In this document: one piece after another, positions 35,926 through 49,200 of the stretch | Position numbering within the stretch: position 1 is the first letter of the stretch | Layout of the letters: the number at the start of each line of letters is the position of its first letter | Source: Mobula hypostoma | Lineage: Eukaryota | DNA length: 64,000 nucleotides | Reading direction: 5' to 3' | NCBI RefSeq assembly: GCF_963921235.1 | Contig: NC_086097.1 | Location: forward strand, 223,574,001-223,638,000 | Position numbers and translations under genes: made by a program | Notes under the pieces: generated by a model | What the model was told of the DNA's origin: nothing | Databases searched by the model: none | Seen by the model: the letters and a program-made list of their open reading frames with translations, nothing else

Positions 35926-36244
35926 GATAAAGTCAAGGATAGGCTCTTGTTGGATTTGAGCCAGGTTACCAGAAGCATTGTCAATAACACATCTGCATAA
36001 TGCCATGTTTCCATTTAGTACACTCATTGCTGGACACATATCATGAACACTAATTGAGGTACCAGTGCACTCAATTCTTATGCTCTAGTGTCACAACTGG
36101 TAATGGACTGCACATGCATCACACAAAATATGTTTATACACAGATTCAAATAGCCGATAAAACAGTTACTCTGACTAACTTCCCTTGAAGCCCATCTTTA
36201 ACAAAGAAAAGGTATAGTGGGGGCAAAGGTAATATTTAAATAAA

Positions 36245-36965
36245 CTGGCAACACACATAAACTGCTGGGGGAACTCAGCAGGCCAGGTAGCATCTACAGA
36301 AAAAAGGACAGTCGAAGAAAGTAAACCCCTCGGCAGGACTGGAGAAAAAAGTCTGAGGACTAGATTTAAAAGGTAGGTGGAAGGGAGAGAGAACCACCTG
36401 GTGATGGGTGAAACCTAGAGGGGGAGAGATGGAGTAAAGAGCTGGGAAGTTGATTGGTGAAAGAGACAGAAGGCCTTGGAAGAAAGAAAAAGGGGGAAGG
36501 AGCATCAGAGGGAGGCGATGAGCGGGCAAGGAGATAAAGGTGAGAGACAGAAAAGGGGGTAGGAAATGGAGTGGGGGGGTTAGGGGTATTACTGGAAGTT
36601 TTGAGAAATCAATGTTCATGCCATCAGGTTGGAGGCTACCCAAATGGAAAACAAGGTGTTGTTCCTCCAACCAGAATGTGGCCTCATCATGACAGTGGAG
36701 GCCATGGATGGACATATCAGAATGGGAATGGGACATGGAATTGCAATGGGTGGTCACTGGGAGATCCCGCTTGCTCTGGTGGATGCAGTGTAGATGCTTA
36801 GTGAAGCGATCTCCCAATCTATGTCAGGTCTCATCAATGTACAGAATGCCACACTGAGAGCACCAAACACAGTAAATGACCCCAATAGACTCACAGGTGA
36901 AGTGTTGCCTCACCTGGAAGGACTGTTTAGGACTCTGAATGGTAGTAAGGGAGGAGTGAATGGTA
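36245..36965 (-). mobile_element. Penelope-like element 3' part (GIY-YIG endonuclease C-terminus plus pLTR)
   Basis: GDRF..HL...LPV..H.N...H...EEQHLVF.LGSLQPDGMNIDFS, followed by a pLTR with a decayed hammerhead on the coding strand. Confidence 0.88.
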
Positions 36966-38184
36966 ATGGTAGTGAATTCTAGTAAACTGGCATGTGACTT
37001 TAAGACTGCAGTTTTATGGAGTATCAGAGATTAATGTTCAACATTTGAACACGAATATATTCACTCTAATTTGTCTGAAATAATCCACTAATCTTTTTAA
37101 ATAAGATAATAGTTATGTAAAAAAGGCTTTTTACTTTCAACACAAATACAACAGATACCACAGATCTGAAATAAAAGACAAAATATACTGAACATCCATC
37201 GAGATGGAAACAGGAAATGTTTCAAGTGAATGACCGTGCATCAGTACTCTATGGTAGTCCGCCAAATGTTCAAGAAATTTTATAGACTGCTATACAAAAT
37301 CATGATAAACTTTGCTTTTGCTTTATCCTCCACTTTCCTTTTCATGAAACAGAATCTCTCTTATTCGTTCTGTAATTAATATTCACTATCCAGGTTCAGG
37401 AGTCTTTTTGCTCAACAACTTTTTAGCACAGCAGAATAAACTGTTCAAGATATTTGTTGTTAACCTTAAACTAGTATATTTACCCATTTTCTGGGGAAAC
37501 ACTGATGTCCAAGCTTAGGAAGCCTATTGTTGAGTTAATGGAGATTGCAACCAATCTGAAAAAATACCACTCTCTGTTAGCTTACATAAATTTCCTGCCA
37601 TCTGACCTGACCATTGTTGCTGAGAATACACAACATGCAGATGAGGTCCATCGCTAGATATTAGAAGGCTGTGAGAATGGGGAGAAGTACAGGGATGAAA
37701 ACAGAGTCCACTCCTCAGCCAAAACCAGAGAAAGATCTTATACCGCCTTACTGTGAAGGATGACTTGCTCGTCTGTAGTTCATTGGCATGTTTCTCTTCT
37801 TTGTAAGAATTCTACATGTATTTGGAAATTCCTTGTAGAATTAATCATTTGAATTTACATTTCAATCACACTTAAGTATGCACTATTAAAATAATTAATA
37901 TTTACTACCTCAGAATGATCTCCCATTTATTGCAGCAACGCCACTATAAGGAGAAAATTCTAATACCAAATAATTTGCATCTCTGAAAAATAATAAATGA
38001 CCAAAAAATGAACAGATGGCTAGCTACCTCAGTTAGGTATGAAAATGGCAAGCATTCTTACAAGATGAGACTTTGCAATGGGAGTATGTTACTGAGAGCT
38101 ATGATTTACAATCCTTACCAGTCATGAAGGTTGAAGAACTATCTCCTCTCTGGCCCAGTAAGACACAATATCACTTAAAACATT

Positions 38185-39880
38185 ATTAGACCATAGACCA
38201 TAAGACATAGGAGCAGAATTATGCCATTCAGCCCATTGAGTCTGCTCCGCCATTCCATCATGGCTGATCCCGGATCCCACTCAACTCCATACACCTGCCT
38301 TCTCTCCATATCCTCTGATGCCCTGACTGATCAGGAAATTATCAACTTCTGCCTTAAATATTCCCACGGACTTGGCCTCCACCGCAGTCTGTGGCAGAGC
38401 ATACCACAGACTCACCACTCTCTGGCTAAAAAAAATTCTCTTTACCTCCATTCTAAAAGATCGCCCCTCAATTTTAAGGCTGTGCCCTCTAGTTCTGGAT
38501 ATCCCTCTCCACATCTACCCTATCCTATCCTTTCAACATTCGGTAGGTTTCAATGAGATCCCCATGCATTCTTCTAAATTCCAGTGAGTACAGGCCCAAA
38601 GCTGCTGATCGCTGCTCATATGTTAAACCCTTCATTCCTGGAATCTTCTTTGTGAATCTCCTCTGGATTCTCTCCAATGACAACACGTCCTTTCTGAGAT
38701 ATGGGGCCAAAAACGGTTGACAATGCACCAAGTACGGCCTGACTAGTAACTAAAGCCTCAGTATTATCTCTTTGTTTTTATATTCTATTCACCTTGAAAT
38801 AAGTGCCAACCTTGAATTTGCCTTCTTTACCACAGACTGTGAATTAACCTTCTGGGATTCTTGCACGAGGAATTCCAAGTCCCTCTGCACCTGTGATATT
38901 TGAAGCTTCTCCCCAAATGGTAATACTTTTACCAAAATATATTATCATACATTTCCCAATACTCTATTCCATCTGCCACTTTTTTGCCCGTTCTTCTAAT
39001 GTGTTTAAGTCCTGCTGAAATCACATTGCTTCCTCAGCAGTACCTACCCCTCCTCCTATATTCGTATCATCCTCAAACCTTGCCACACAGCCATCAATTC
39101 CATAATCCAAATCATTGACAAACACTGTGAAAAGTAGCGGTCCCCATATTGACCCGAGGAACACCACTAGTCACTGTCAGCCAATCAGAAAAGGCCCTAT
39201 TTATTCCCACTCACTGCCTCCTGCCTGTCAGCCATTCTACTATCCATGCCAGTATCTTTCCTGTAATGCCATAAGACTTTATCTTGTGGCACCTTACAAA
39301 ACACTCTCGAAAAATCCAAGTAAATGACATCCACTGTCTCTCCTTTGTCCACCCTGCTTGTTACTTCCTCGAAGAACTCCAACAGATTTGTCAGGGTCAA
39401 TTTCCCTTTACAGAAACCATGCTGATTTTGACTTATTTTATCATTACTCTCCAAGTATCCTGAAACCTCATCCTTAATAATAGACTCTAACACTTTCCCA
39501 ACCACTGAGGTTAGGCTAGCTGTTATAATTTCCTTTCTTTTACCTTCCTCCCTTCTAAAAGAGCGGAATGACAGTTGCAATCTTCCCATCCTCTGGGACT
39601 ACGCCAGAATCAAATGATTCTTAAAGAATCATGACCAATGCATCCGTTATCTCTTCAGCAAACTCTCTCAGGACTCTGGGATGTAGTCCATCTGGTCCAA
39701 GTGACTTATCCACCATAAGACCTTTGAGTTTGCCTCGCACTTTTTCCTTTGTAATAGCAGTACCACTCACACCTGCTCCCTGACATTCACGGACCTCTAG
39801 TGAAGACTGATGCAAAGTACCCATAAAGTTCATCTGTCATTTCTTTGCCCTCCATTACTACCTCACCAGCATCATTTTCC
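38185..39880 (-). mobile_element. CR1 fragment
   Basis: SLTSVVGK.LE, QHGF, TNLLEFFEEVT and FFSQRVV.LW motifs; tail agaccatagaccataagac. Confidence 0.88.
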
Positions 39881-39924
39881 ATTTGTGAGATATGGTATCC
39901 CCAGTAACGACAATGTGGCCCCCT

Positions 39925-40075
39925 ACTTTCTTATTCTGGGTTCTTCCTCCTTCCTTTCCAGTCCTGATGAAAGGACTCGGCCAGAAAAATCCTTTCCATA
40001 GATGGTACCTGACCTGCTGAGCTCCTTCAGCATTTTGTGTGTTTTGCTCTGGATTTTCAGCATCTGCAGAATATT
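39925..40075 (+). mobile_element. Penelope-like pLTR fragment
   Basis: ccagtcctgatgaaaggactcggcc...gacctgctgagctcc...catctgcaga. Confidence 0.7.
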
Positions 40076-40490
40076 TACTTTCTGAGACATCATTCTGTGA
40101 ATGATCAGGAATGAGAATCCAGAAAGGTCAATCTAGAAGATTACAAGCAGGAGCAGGGATTATAAAAGGTAGATTTTTATCTGAAACAGAATTTGAACCT
40201 CATGAGTTACAAGCCTATTTTTAAGGGAGACATTCAGCACAAATTGCTGTGGCTAGAGCCCTCAAAGTATGCTTGAAACAAGTGATTACGGATGAACCAG
40301 TCTGATCTGCATTGATTCTAATTATGTCAGGCATGGAGTGGAAAGTGATCTGGAAAATTACTGGATGAAAAGCACATGCAGTAAAACCACTTCCACAGTT
40401 GTCCATGTGGAAGACCACAAATGAATTATTGACTCAACTGCTGGTCACTGACAATGCCATGGTTAGCTGATGAACAAACAAGACTAGTTA

Positions 40491-40718
40491 CAAATAAGAG
40501 AAAATCGACAGATGCTTGAAATCCAAGCAGCACACAAAATGCTGGAGGAACTCACAGGCCAGGCAGTATCTATGGAAAAGAGTATAGTCAATGCTTTGGG
40601 CTGAGATATTTCAGCAGGACCGTCCTCATCAAACCTGGGAAAGCTGCTTTTCCCAGGTTTGGTGAGGAAAGTCCAGTGAAGGGTTGTGGCCCGAAACGTC
40701 ATCTGTACTCCTTTCCAT
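40491..40718. mobile_element. Penelope-like fold-back insertion (two inverted pLTR pieces) with 15-bp TSD
   Basis: TSD aaacaa(g/a)actagtta at 40476-40490 and 40719-40733; central palindrome at 40623-40668. Confidence 0.82.
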
Positions 40719-43025
40719 AAACAAAACTAGTTAACAGGATGGACTTTGCTAGGGTTAGGGAGGCCAAGGTAGTAACTAGCAATAATTTTTTTTTTTAAAA
40801 AGGAAGATCTTTTAACAATATTCATAGATATTACTACTGTACACTGAACCCCGCAGGATTACAAACACAATATAAATTCAAGGCTGAAGCTGAAGGCAAG
40901 GTTTGGGTATATCTCTTGCTAATAGTCATAAGAATAGATTCAAAGAAACTCAAAGGATTTGGACACATTCAAGGCGTTGAAAAGCCACTCGTGAAATTAG
41001 CAATGTTATAGTGATGTCCTTATGTTGATTAATGTCAGCAATTCATTGCACATTGTAAAAAATGTTTGATAAATAATAAGGGAGCAGTCACAAGACCACC
41101 TCCAAAAAGGCAAATGAAAGCAGACACCAATGCGCATGTAGCAAATCAATCATGAAAGTCCACTTCCAGCATCCCAAGGCAACCCACCTGATCAGAAACC
41201 AAACAAGTATATTCTTCTAAAATTTACCTTTATAAAAGATATACATGATTAATTCCCACCATTTATGGTGAGACCTCTACCATCATAGCACTCCAGAACT
41301 TGATACTTCTACATATTGGCAATCCCACCTATTTACATACAGACCAATGGTCTTCCATCATTGGTAAAGGCTTTCGAGCTATGTGTGAACAAGTAGGAAC
41401 ACAATGGAGTCCAGCTCCAGTTGGATTCCACCAGCACTTGGATTACACCTGCAGTTGTCAGGTGGTGGAGAGAAGGAACCAGGAGATTAAAACAGGCTTG
41501 GTAGAGCGAATCTACCTGGAGGCCCTGAAGTGCAGTTATCAGTAAACAAAAAGGGGGTGCTAAAGAATGTCACACTCTAATAATCTTATTCCTTATCCAC
41601 ACTGACGGTGGTCTCATAATAAGTCAAAGATCCAGTTGTAGAGAGAGGTACAGAGGCTCAAGTTATAAGTTGATTTTATATTGAAATTATTTGAGGTCAC
41701 GGGATTCCAGTGACATCATCATTCAGAATGGCAGCTTAAATCAATAGCTCCTCCGGAAAAATGCATATATTGCCCTGTTAATCCATCAAATACAAGATCT
41801 TTCGAAAATTCTGAATTGATAAGGGGGGCAAGAATAGGGAAAAAAGAATGAAGATAAAAAAAAGCATCACTGCGGAGCCTACGGACGAGAGAGGTGCAAT
41901 GCATGGCTCTCCTACCCGAACGCGTGCTAGTGAGGCTGACGATGGGCCTCATCCAGGTGAAGCAGCAAATATGATAAAAATTCTCGAAGAGATATGGGGA
42001 TTTCAAGAAGATATAAAACAGCAACTCAATGACATCAAGTCAGAGCTCGCCAACGTCAATCAAAAAATAGCGGTGGCAGAGACCCGATTGAGAAGGTGGA
42101 AGATCGCGTGCAAAACATGGAACAGATATTAAATAAGACGATAAAAATATTAAATCAACAAGAAAGCAAACTGATTGACCAGGACGGAAGATCACAACGG
42201 AAAAATATTAGGATATACAATGTTCCTGAAGGAGCGGAGGGTTTGTCTATGATGGAGTTTGTAGGAAAATTGCTGCGGTACGCACTAGAGATTCCCTCCA
42301 CTATGGAGATTGAAATTGAGAGGGCACATCGTGCGCTTGTCCCGAGGCCTACTGGAGACAGATAAGCCACACTCAATACTAATTAGAATTCCTTCAATAC
42401 AATACCAAGGCGGAGATTCTATGTAGGGCCTGGGGTAAGAAGAGGGAGTTTTTGGATGGGAAATTAATATATTTCCATCAAGATTACCCCCCGGCGGTCC
42501 TGCAGAAACGTAAAGAATACTCTGCAGTAAAGCAAATATTAAAGCAATGAAAGATTAGATTCCAAACTCCATACCCTGCTAAACTGCGGGTGTTTTAAGA
42601 GGATGGAATGCAACTGTATCAGACAGTGGAAGAGGCGACTACAGACATGAGGAACAGAGGGCTACCTGCCAGTGTGATCAAACCGAGGGAAAGCCTGGCT
42701 GAGCAGTTATCCCAATCTGCTTGGGAAATAGTAAGAGAACCGAGAAAACAGAGGACTGGAGGAGGGCAAGACAGTATCAGGAAGAGACTGAGTTTTCCAA
42801 AGACAGCCCTCACCCCCTCCAGAAGAGCCAAGGTTTGGCTAACTTTTAAAGTGTTGATAAGATAAACGGAAGGAAACACAGACGGCACTATACCTATTTC
42901 AAGAAATACTTATTATAATGTGGATTTTATATTACTCAATTTATTTATTCATTCATTTACTCCTTCCCCCCCCACCTAAATGAGAATATACATATTCTAT
43001 TATATATATTATTATATATAAATGA

Positions 43026-43026
<1 letters not shown>

Positions 43027-43070
<44 letters not shown>
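43027..43070. repeat. (TA)n microsatellite in the L1 inter-ORF spacer
   Basis: Pure TA run, not expanded in the other L1 copy (~21232-21242). Confidence 0.9.
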
Positions 43071-43072
<2 letters not shown>

Positions 43073-44584
43073 AGGAATACACAGGGAAATCTTTTCTGTG
43101 TAATGGACATAGACTTGTTCACTTACTTTTATTGGTACTATAATGGGGGCCCTCAACTCACAGGGAGGAGGGGCTATCCCCCACAGCTAGACGTTTCCTC
43201 TAGCTCAACCCTGGGTCATCTACTAGAGACCTCAGCCTTAGAATCACACCTTTGTTGCCTTTTTTTTATTATTCGCTTTTCTTGGTTCTTATTTGTTCAG
43301 GGAGTAGACTGATCAAGTTTTATTCTGCTAATTTGAATGATATATTGACAGATAAATACACATGGCTAAGGACAAAGTAAAATTCATTTCTTTTAATGTC
43401 AATGGGCTGTTAAATCCAATCAAACGCAGTAAAATTCTATCCAAAATGAAAAAAGAACAAGCTCATGTAGTATTTACAGGAAACTCACTTAAGTGACAAT
43501 TAAGCATGGAAAATTAAAGAGAATGGGCTTTACTAATTTGTTTTTCTCCTCATATAAATCAGGACATAGAACAGGAGTTGCTATTCTCATCTCAAGCAAG
43601 CTAAATTTTGAAAAAGTATTCGAAATGGGAGATAAGGAGGGCAGATATATTCTGGTAAGGGGGAATATAGATGGAAATACAGTTACTCTATTGAATATAA
43701 ATGCATCCCCAGGAAGTGATATTAGTTTCTTTCAGAAAATTATTAATATTATGGTAATGGAAACAGAAGGTCTCCTGATATGTGGGGGAGACTTAAATTT
43801 ACAATTACAACCAAAATTACACTCTTCCAATAGAAAAACCTATGAAACAAAATCCTTACATAAGTGAGTTAATACACTTTTTAAGGAAGTTGGTTTAATT
43901 GATATATGGAGCGACCTTTTCTCCAACAGAAGGGATTACACTCATTATTCTGCCCCCTATTCTGTATATACAGGAATAGACTATTTCATAACATTTGGAA
44001 AAGACAAAGACAAAATAAACACCTGTGTAATTGGGACAACAGATGTAAGTGACCATGCACCTACAACCAAAGAATACTATTTGGAAACTAAATTCAAGTC
44101 TACTCAATGATCCCTACCTTAATGAACAAATTCAAAAAGAAACTGGTCTTTACTTAGAATTCAATGATAATGGAGAGGTTTCACCTATGGGATTCTATTC
44201 TATGGGATACTCTGAAGGCTGTCTTCAGAGGGAAAATTATAGCGATATCTTCATATAAGAAAAATATAAGGAATAAAACATTAGAGGAATTACAAAATAG
44301 GCTGAAGGAACTAGAAAAAAAAATTGATTTGGCACAGCATACATTAGAGGAAATTTTAAAAATTAGGAATGAAATTAATAGTTTGGCTACGCAAGAAATC
44401 AGGAAAACTTTAATGTTTCTGAAACAGAGACATTATGAAAGTGGATCTAAATCTATGAAAATACTGGTGTGGAAACTGAAGAAAAAGATAGCAAAAAATA
44501 CAATTCATAGAATTAGGGATCCAAGAACAAAAATGATAAAAAAAAAAATAAGCTAAGTGAAATTCAAGAAGCTTTACAAAACTC

Positions 44585-45202
44585 AAGAGGAAAGGAGAAG
44601 ATGGCGGCGCGACGCAGCTCGTAGTGGCCTCTCCGGTGGTGACGTCTGTTATTTGTCAAGTAGGTGCCATGCACAATCCTGATTTGATGGAGACGGACGT
44701 GAGAGCACAGAGGAATATCTGGTGAAACTTCTGAAACGCCTGCTTCACTGCTGCTGCTACTGTGTGGTCCGAAATCTCCGGAGGGGAAGGCCCTGAGTCC
44801 TTGGCTTTGCTTGTTACTCGGCGGCCGGGGCGGGGTCGAAATGCTCGGCAGAGGATGGTGCTTGGTGTCTAAGGGTTGGTCAGAGGCTCGGCTACTTCCA
44901 GGATGTTGCATCGGCAAGTTTGCGGCGCTTGGAGGTTCATGGCAGGGAGAGTTTCTCCCTTCTACCGTCTGCGTGAGATGATGAGGCTATCGGGACTTTG
45001 AGACTTTTTTTTTACCGTGCCCATGGTATTGCTTTGCACTGTTGTAACTACATGTTATAATTATGTGGTTTTGTCAGTTTTAGTCTTGGTTTGTCCTGTG
45101 TTTCTTGCGTAGCATTCTGAAGGAACATTGTATCATTTCTTAATGCATGCATTTCTAAATGACAATAAACGAGGACTGAGTGTCCTCATAATCTAATCTA
45201 AT
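44585..45202 (+). mobile_element. Non-autonomous, non-coding retroelement with LINE-like ends, nested in L1
   Basis: GC-rich head with AAGATGGCGG. The 3' end has aataaa, a hairpin GAGGAC-tgagt-GTCCTC and a (taatc)n tail. Absent from the other L1 copy. Confidence 0.7.
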
Positions 45203-45486
45203 AGATTTGGTTTACATGACACAATTATTAAAACTATACAGGCACTATATGTCAACCTTACTGCTAAGATTAAAATCAATGGATATTTTTTCAAATAGTT
45301 TTACCCTAGAAAGGACCACGAGACAGGGTTGTGCATGTTCACCGCTACTCTTTGCATTATATCTGGAACCATTAGCTCAATACATCAGACAAAATAAAGA
45401 TATCAGGGGGATTACTACTAAAAGGACAGAACATAAATTGGCCTGTTATGCGGATAACATTTTGACCTATCTAGGGCAACCAATAT

Positions 45487-46230
45487 ACGCTTTCTCATCT
45501 TCTCCTATAACTCGATGTCGAAGGTCGAGGTTCGTCATCTGCTGAAGCTGATGTGGAAGGCTTGCTTGACTGCTAGCCTCGAGCATTTTTCTATCATACC
45601 GTTTCTTTGTAAGCACTCAAACCATCTTGCAAATATACCCTAAACCGACATACCCTTTCAAAATTAAAGTCGTACTTTATCATTGCAGCGAAAATCTCAC
45701 ACAGTTGCTTCACGTTCAGTTCCTGGACGACTTCACTTTCAGTCCATTCGCTACTGCATTCGGTTTCGATTGTTATCCTTTCCTCTTCCAACTGCATCAG
45801 CTCTTCATCTATCAGTTCTTGGTCATGGGATGCCAAAACCTCTTCAACATCATCTTCATCATCTTCCACAAGCCAAACTCACTTTGTCCTTACTTCGTTC
45901 ACCACGATCGAAACGCTTCATTATGTCTAGTTTTACGCTAAGTGTAACACCCTTATGAGCTCTTTTAGGCTTTTCGGATACCTTAGAACTCATCTTGCTA
46001 ACAGCGCTCTCAGGCACGTGTTTAAGCAATGCCGGCCAGAATGCAGTCCCGAATCCGGAGGAGAGGCTGCTTGGGGCGCGCGCTGCTTTTTATCGCGCGC
46101 TGCCTTTTATCGTGTGCTTTTTTCCGTAACAGTGAAAACACCTTCTGTTAGCGAAAACAGGGAACTAATGTAGGTCTTTTGTAACAGTGAGGTTTCGTAA
46201 AGCGAACGTTCGAAAAGCAGGGGACACCTG
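45487..46230 (-). mobile_element. Tigger/pogo-like DNA transposon remnant, one end visible
   Basis: Acidic C-terminal peptide DDVEEVLASHDQELIDEELMQLEEE. The end ...ggggacacctg|TA is at 46230, with subterminal cgtaa/cgaaaa repeats. Confidence 0.75.
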
Positions 46231-49200
46231 TATCTACATATGTGACAGTATGTATAAGGGTTTGTCAAATCTTAAAACACATTCGACTTCATACATTAAA
46301 ACAAAATGGGAGAAGGAAGGAGGGATAATTATATCTGAGGAAGAATGGACTATGATATGGAGGTATCAATGGAAGTGTACCAGTTCACAGAAATGGAGGG
46401 AGTTCGGGTGGAAAAACTTGATAAGATATTTTATTACACCCTCTCGGAAATCCCATTATGATAGTAACCTCCCTATTTGCTGGAGAAATTGTGGAAATCA
46501 AAATGCAAACCACTATCATATTTTCTGGGATTGCTCCGTTATCAGACTATTGGAGTGGGATACACAATGCCCTACAAGATATTTTTAAATGTGAAATACC
46601 CTTAGAAAGTAAGACCATACATTTTGGGTTAGTATCTCAAGAATGGTTGAAAAGAGATAAATATTTAATGAATATACTGCTGATGGTTGGTAAAAAGACT
46701 CTTACCAGGAAATGGTTATCACAGGGGAGCCCAACTTTAAAAGCATGGATGGAAATTACAATGGACATTTACAAAATGGAGACGATAACAGGATCTGTTA
46801 ATCATAAGTTGGAACAATTTGATTCACACTGGGAAAAATGGTTCAGCTACATAACACCTCATAGGTCTGATTTTATTCTCACAAATCAATGAATATGTCG
46901 TTAAAAAAGATCACTCCCTATTTGTACGTAGTTTTCTCCTGCTTGTTCTTTCTTTCCTCTTTTCTATAGGTGTATACCTCAGATAAATATTATGTGGAGA
47001 TTTGTGGCAAATATGATTATATATGTATGTACGATATCTGAAATACATCTTATGGAAATGTTTGATGATGAACTTCAAAAAAAAATAAATTACAGAAAAA
47101 ATTATTTGAGGTCACAATAGCTACTTCAATAGATGTCAGATGTCGTATGGTAAACTAAATTGAGCTTTGATTTTTATCATTCCTATTCATTGCACAATGG
47201 GGCACAACTTCAAAGCTAATCACTCCAATGACAAGCTTCTGAATTTTTGGATACCAATAATCAAGCCCCATGCTGGAAAATAAGAGTTCTATCTAGCATT
47301 CAGCATGAAAGCACCAACCTCTAAGGTTCAAAAACCCATGCTCCCCATCAATCCTGCACAGCCAGAAATGTACGACACCAGCAAGTGCTTTGTGACCTAA
47401 CTTGTTTAACCTGAGCAAATTTTAGGAATATTTCTACTCATCTGGAAGTAAAAATACACTTTTGGGTTAAATTCCCAGCATATTTCACACTGGATAAACT
47501 ATCCACTGTTTCAGTGAATTTGATTGTACCTGTAGTTCTCAGAATAAACTGGACTTTGACATGTCTGCAATTAACAAATGGGATCTGTGATTTTTTTGTG
47601 CGTCTACTTGAACCCACCTTTTGCAGTCCTTGAAATGACTGACCACTCTTTACATTTACTGGTCAAATCACTAATTGTACCATTTTTTCCAGCTGTGCTG
47701 CACAGCATTATGTAATCTTTTCTTCATTCACTGGTTTCCTTTAGAAATAAACTAAAATCCCTTTTTATCAGCCCCATTTTTATTAACCGTCACTATGAAT
47801 TGTTAAGTTGATACCCCTTCCCATTGTGATCTCATTTTGCAATGCTACAAGCTCAGTGAACTCAACTTTGACAGCTGTTAAACCTGGAGATGGTGCCTTT
47901 AGGAATATTTCTAAACTGATCCCCCGGGATCAATAAAGTATGACTATGACTATGACTTGGCGGCTCCTGAAGCCAGCCACCAGATCCTGCAGTGAAGACT
48001 TCACCAACATATCAGGAGCTGATCTCACAGCAGAACAAAATGACTGGGAGGATATTCGTTGCAAGTGTGAGAGTTCAGGCAGCTTGCTGCTCTTTGTAAG
48101 CTCTCTCCTAATCCAGCACTTTAAGGACTTTGCAGGTGCCAGATTAGCAAATTTCTGGACTCCAGGATTTACTAATACCACCCAAATGCATTTTAATTCA
48201 CTTTCTTTGAAAAAAAGATGTCACATCTATTGTAATAAATTTCCTAGTAAAATCAAGCAAGCTTAAGGAAAGCATGAAAGCTATGGTCCCAGAAAGGCAG
48301 AGGAAGATCATGAGAACCGAGGCCATATAGTTGGATGGAGAACAAGAGAAACATCCCGAGGTGATCCACGTACTGATCCATCAGGCTTTCCACCAAATGG
48401 TCAGATACCATTTTATACAGTTTTATCAAGCTAAGAAAATTTAATACTGCCCTTGAATTTTTAGTTATTTAATTGACTATCTCAATACATTATTTTAAAT
48501 CAAGATCACGTCACCTTTCACAAACATAAAAATGAAACTTTCAGATGAACCATTCACAATAAAATATATAACTGTAAGAGTACATAGTTATCAACGTAAA
48601 ATTAAGCATTTACCATGATCAAAATTCCCATTCAATGTTAACTAACAAAATTACTATTTGTTCTATTTGCTATTCTAGAAAGAAAACAAGTTCAAGGTTA
48701 GGGTAATGATTTATATAAATTTATTCACAATGATTTATTTTTAGAGTGGCTTAATAATAATCATATTTAGCAAAAGGTTTTTGTTCTAAATATGTCTGGT
48801 CCCGTGCTTTCAAAGGAGCACAATTGAGATGAGAACATAGTAAACAGCTAGCCTCTTGATGACTGAAATGTTTGGAATAGCTTTGTTCATGCATAGCTCA
48901 AGGGGTACTAAATAAAAACTACTTTTGTGGGCAACGATAAGTCAAGTTATTGCTTCAAAGGTGAAAAACATTGGTAAAGTAATCTGAAGTCAGGAAACTA
49001 AACCAATCCTCTCTATCAAGGCAATCTAACACAGTCAAAAATATAGTAATAACTGATTTAACTGTCCAGAGTAAAATTAACAGGTTAAGAGAAATAACGT
49101 GGGCAATGGAAGAATGGAATTAAGAATCATTTGTTAATCCTGGTCTTAATTTGGCAATATTTACCATGAGTGACTACATATTATATAATCACACTTTCAA

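Larger units (their letters stand above)
41701..47098 (+). mobile_element. L1-clade LINE, second copy of the same family (both ends present, two internal deletions), antisense to UBE2W
   Basis: The 5' end, ORF1, ORF2 start (MAKDKVKFISFNVNGL at 43362) and 3'UTR match 16235-22530. Perfect 17-bp TSD aaattatttgaggtcac at 41684-41700 and 47099-47115. Confidence 0.95.

Noticed and set aside
42953..43312. ORFs with IYIYIY repeats
   Set aside because: Translations of the (TA)n microsatellite in the L1 spacer.
47930..48266. ORFs next to a (tatgac)3 repeat
   Set aside because: Probably a tiny LINE tail plus decayed repeat sequence; not enough signal to classify.
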